This document shows positions 63,915 through 64,000 of a stretch of 64,000 nt of DNA, one piece after another (the first letter of the stretch is position 1; each line of letters opens with the position of its first letter). The translations under genes and the position numbers were made by a program. This DNA is from an uncultured Clostridium sp. (GTDB lineage Bacteria > Bacillota > Clostridia > TANB77 > CAG-508), in assembly GCA_947368535.1 (NCBI GenBank), contig CANBHY010000005.1:65117-129116 (forward strand), in the 5' to 3' direction. The notes under the pieces are model-generated. The model made no database searches. It had not been told where the DNA came from and worked only from the letters and a program-made list of their open reading frames with translations.

Positions 63915-64000
63915 TTTTCTCTCCTTTTTACTTTTTTAAATCTCCTTCAATTGTTACTACTATAAATTCTTCTAAAGTACCTTTTTTCTCACCAGCTATA

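Overview
AT-rich chromosomal segment of a low-GC, sporulating Clostridia-class bacterium; the Glu5-less GITLVAL pilin suggests an uncultured gut lineage such as TANB77 (inference). Housekeeping content: glmS with its ribozyme, a Ser T-box operon (dcd-DUF1653, DUF1653, serS, engB), gltX, rnj, hemW/hrcA-grpE-dnaK-dnaJ, prmC, whiA, 6S RNA, rdgB, sigK, recN, tRNA-Glu(CTC), mrnC, rbgA, ireB-ruvX-DUF1292 and a type IV pilus cluster running off the right end. No CRISPR array, integrase, transposase or prophage was seen. Main observations: (1) two otherwise intact conserved genes (an HxGH nucleotidyltransferase and a ROK kinase) are split by a +1 frameshift at an in-frame CGG-A at codon 19-20, where skipping one base restores a motif Gly (GGA). 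By eye I found no other in-frame CGG in the resident genes, which suggests CGG may act as a +1 recoding codon. (2) Seven short, compositionally foreign single-gene units with their own promoter, RBS and hairpin are scattered between core genes; all contain CGG codons, and two share an identical 9-nt hairpin loop on unrelated stems. (3) A 1260-aa receiver-like/AT-hook/repeat/ParA-CpaE-like protein sits beside a VirB2-like pilin candidate and a peptidoglycan hydrolase. All calls were made by eye, without database searches.
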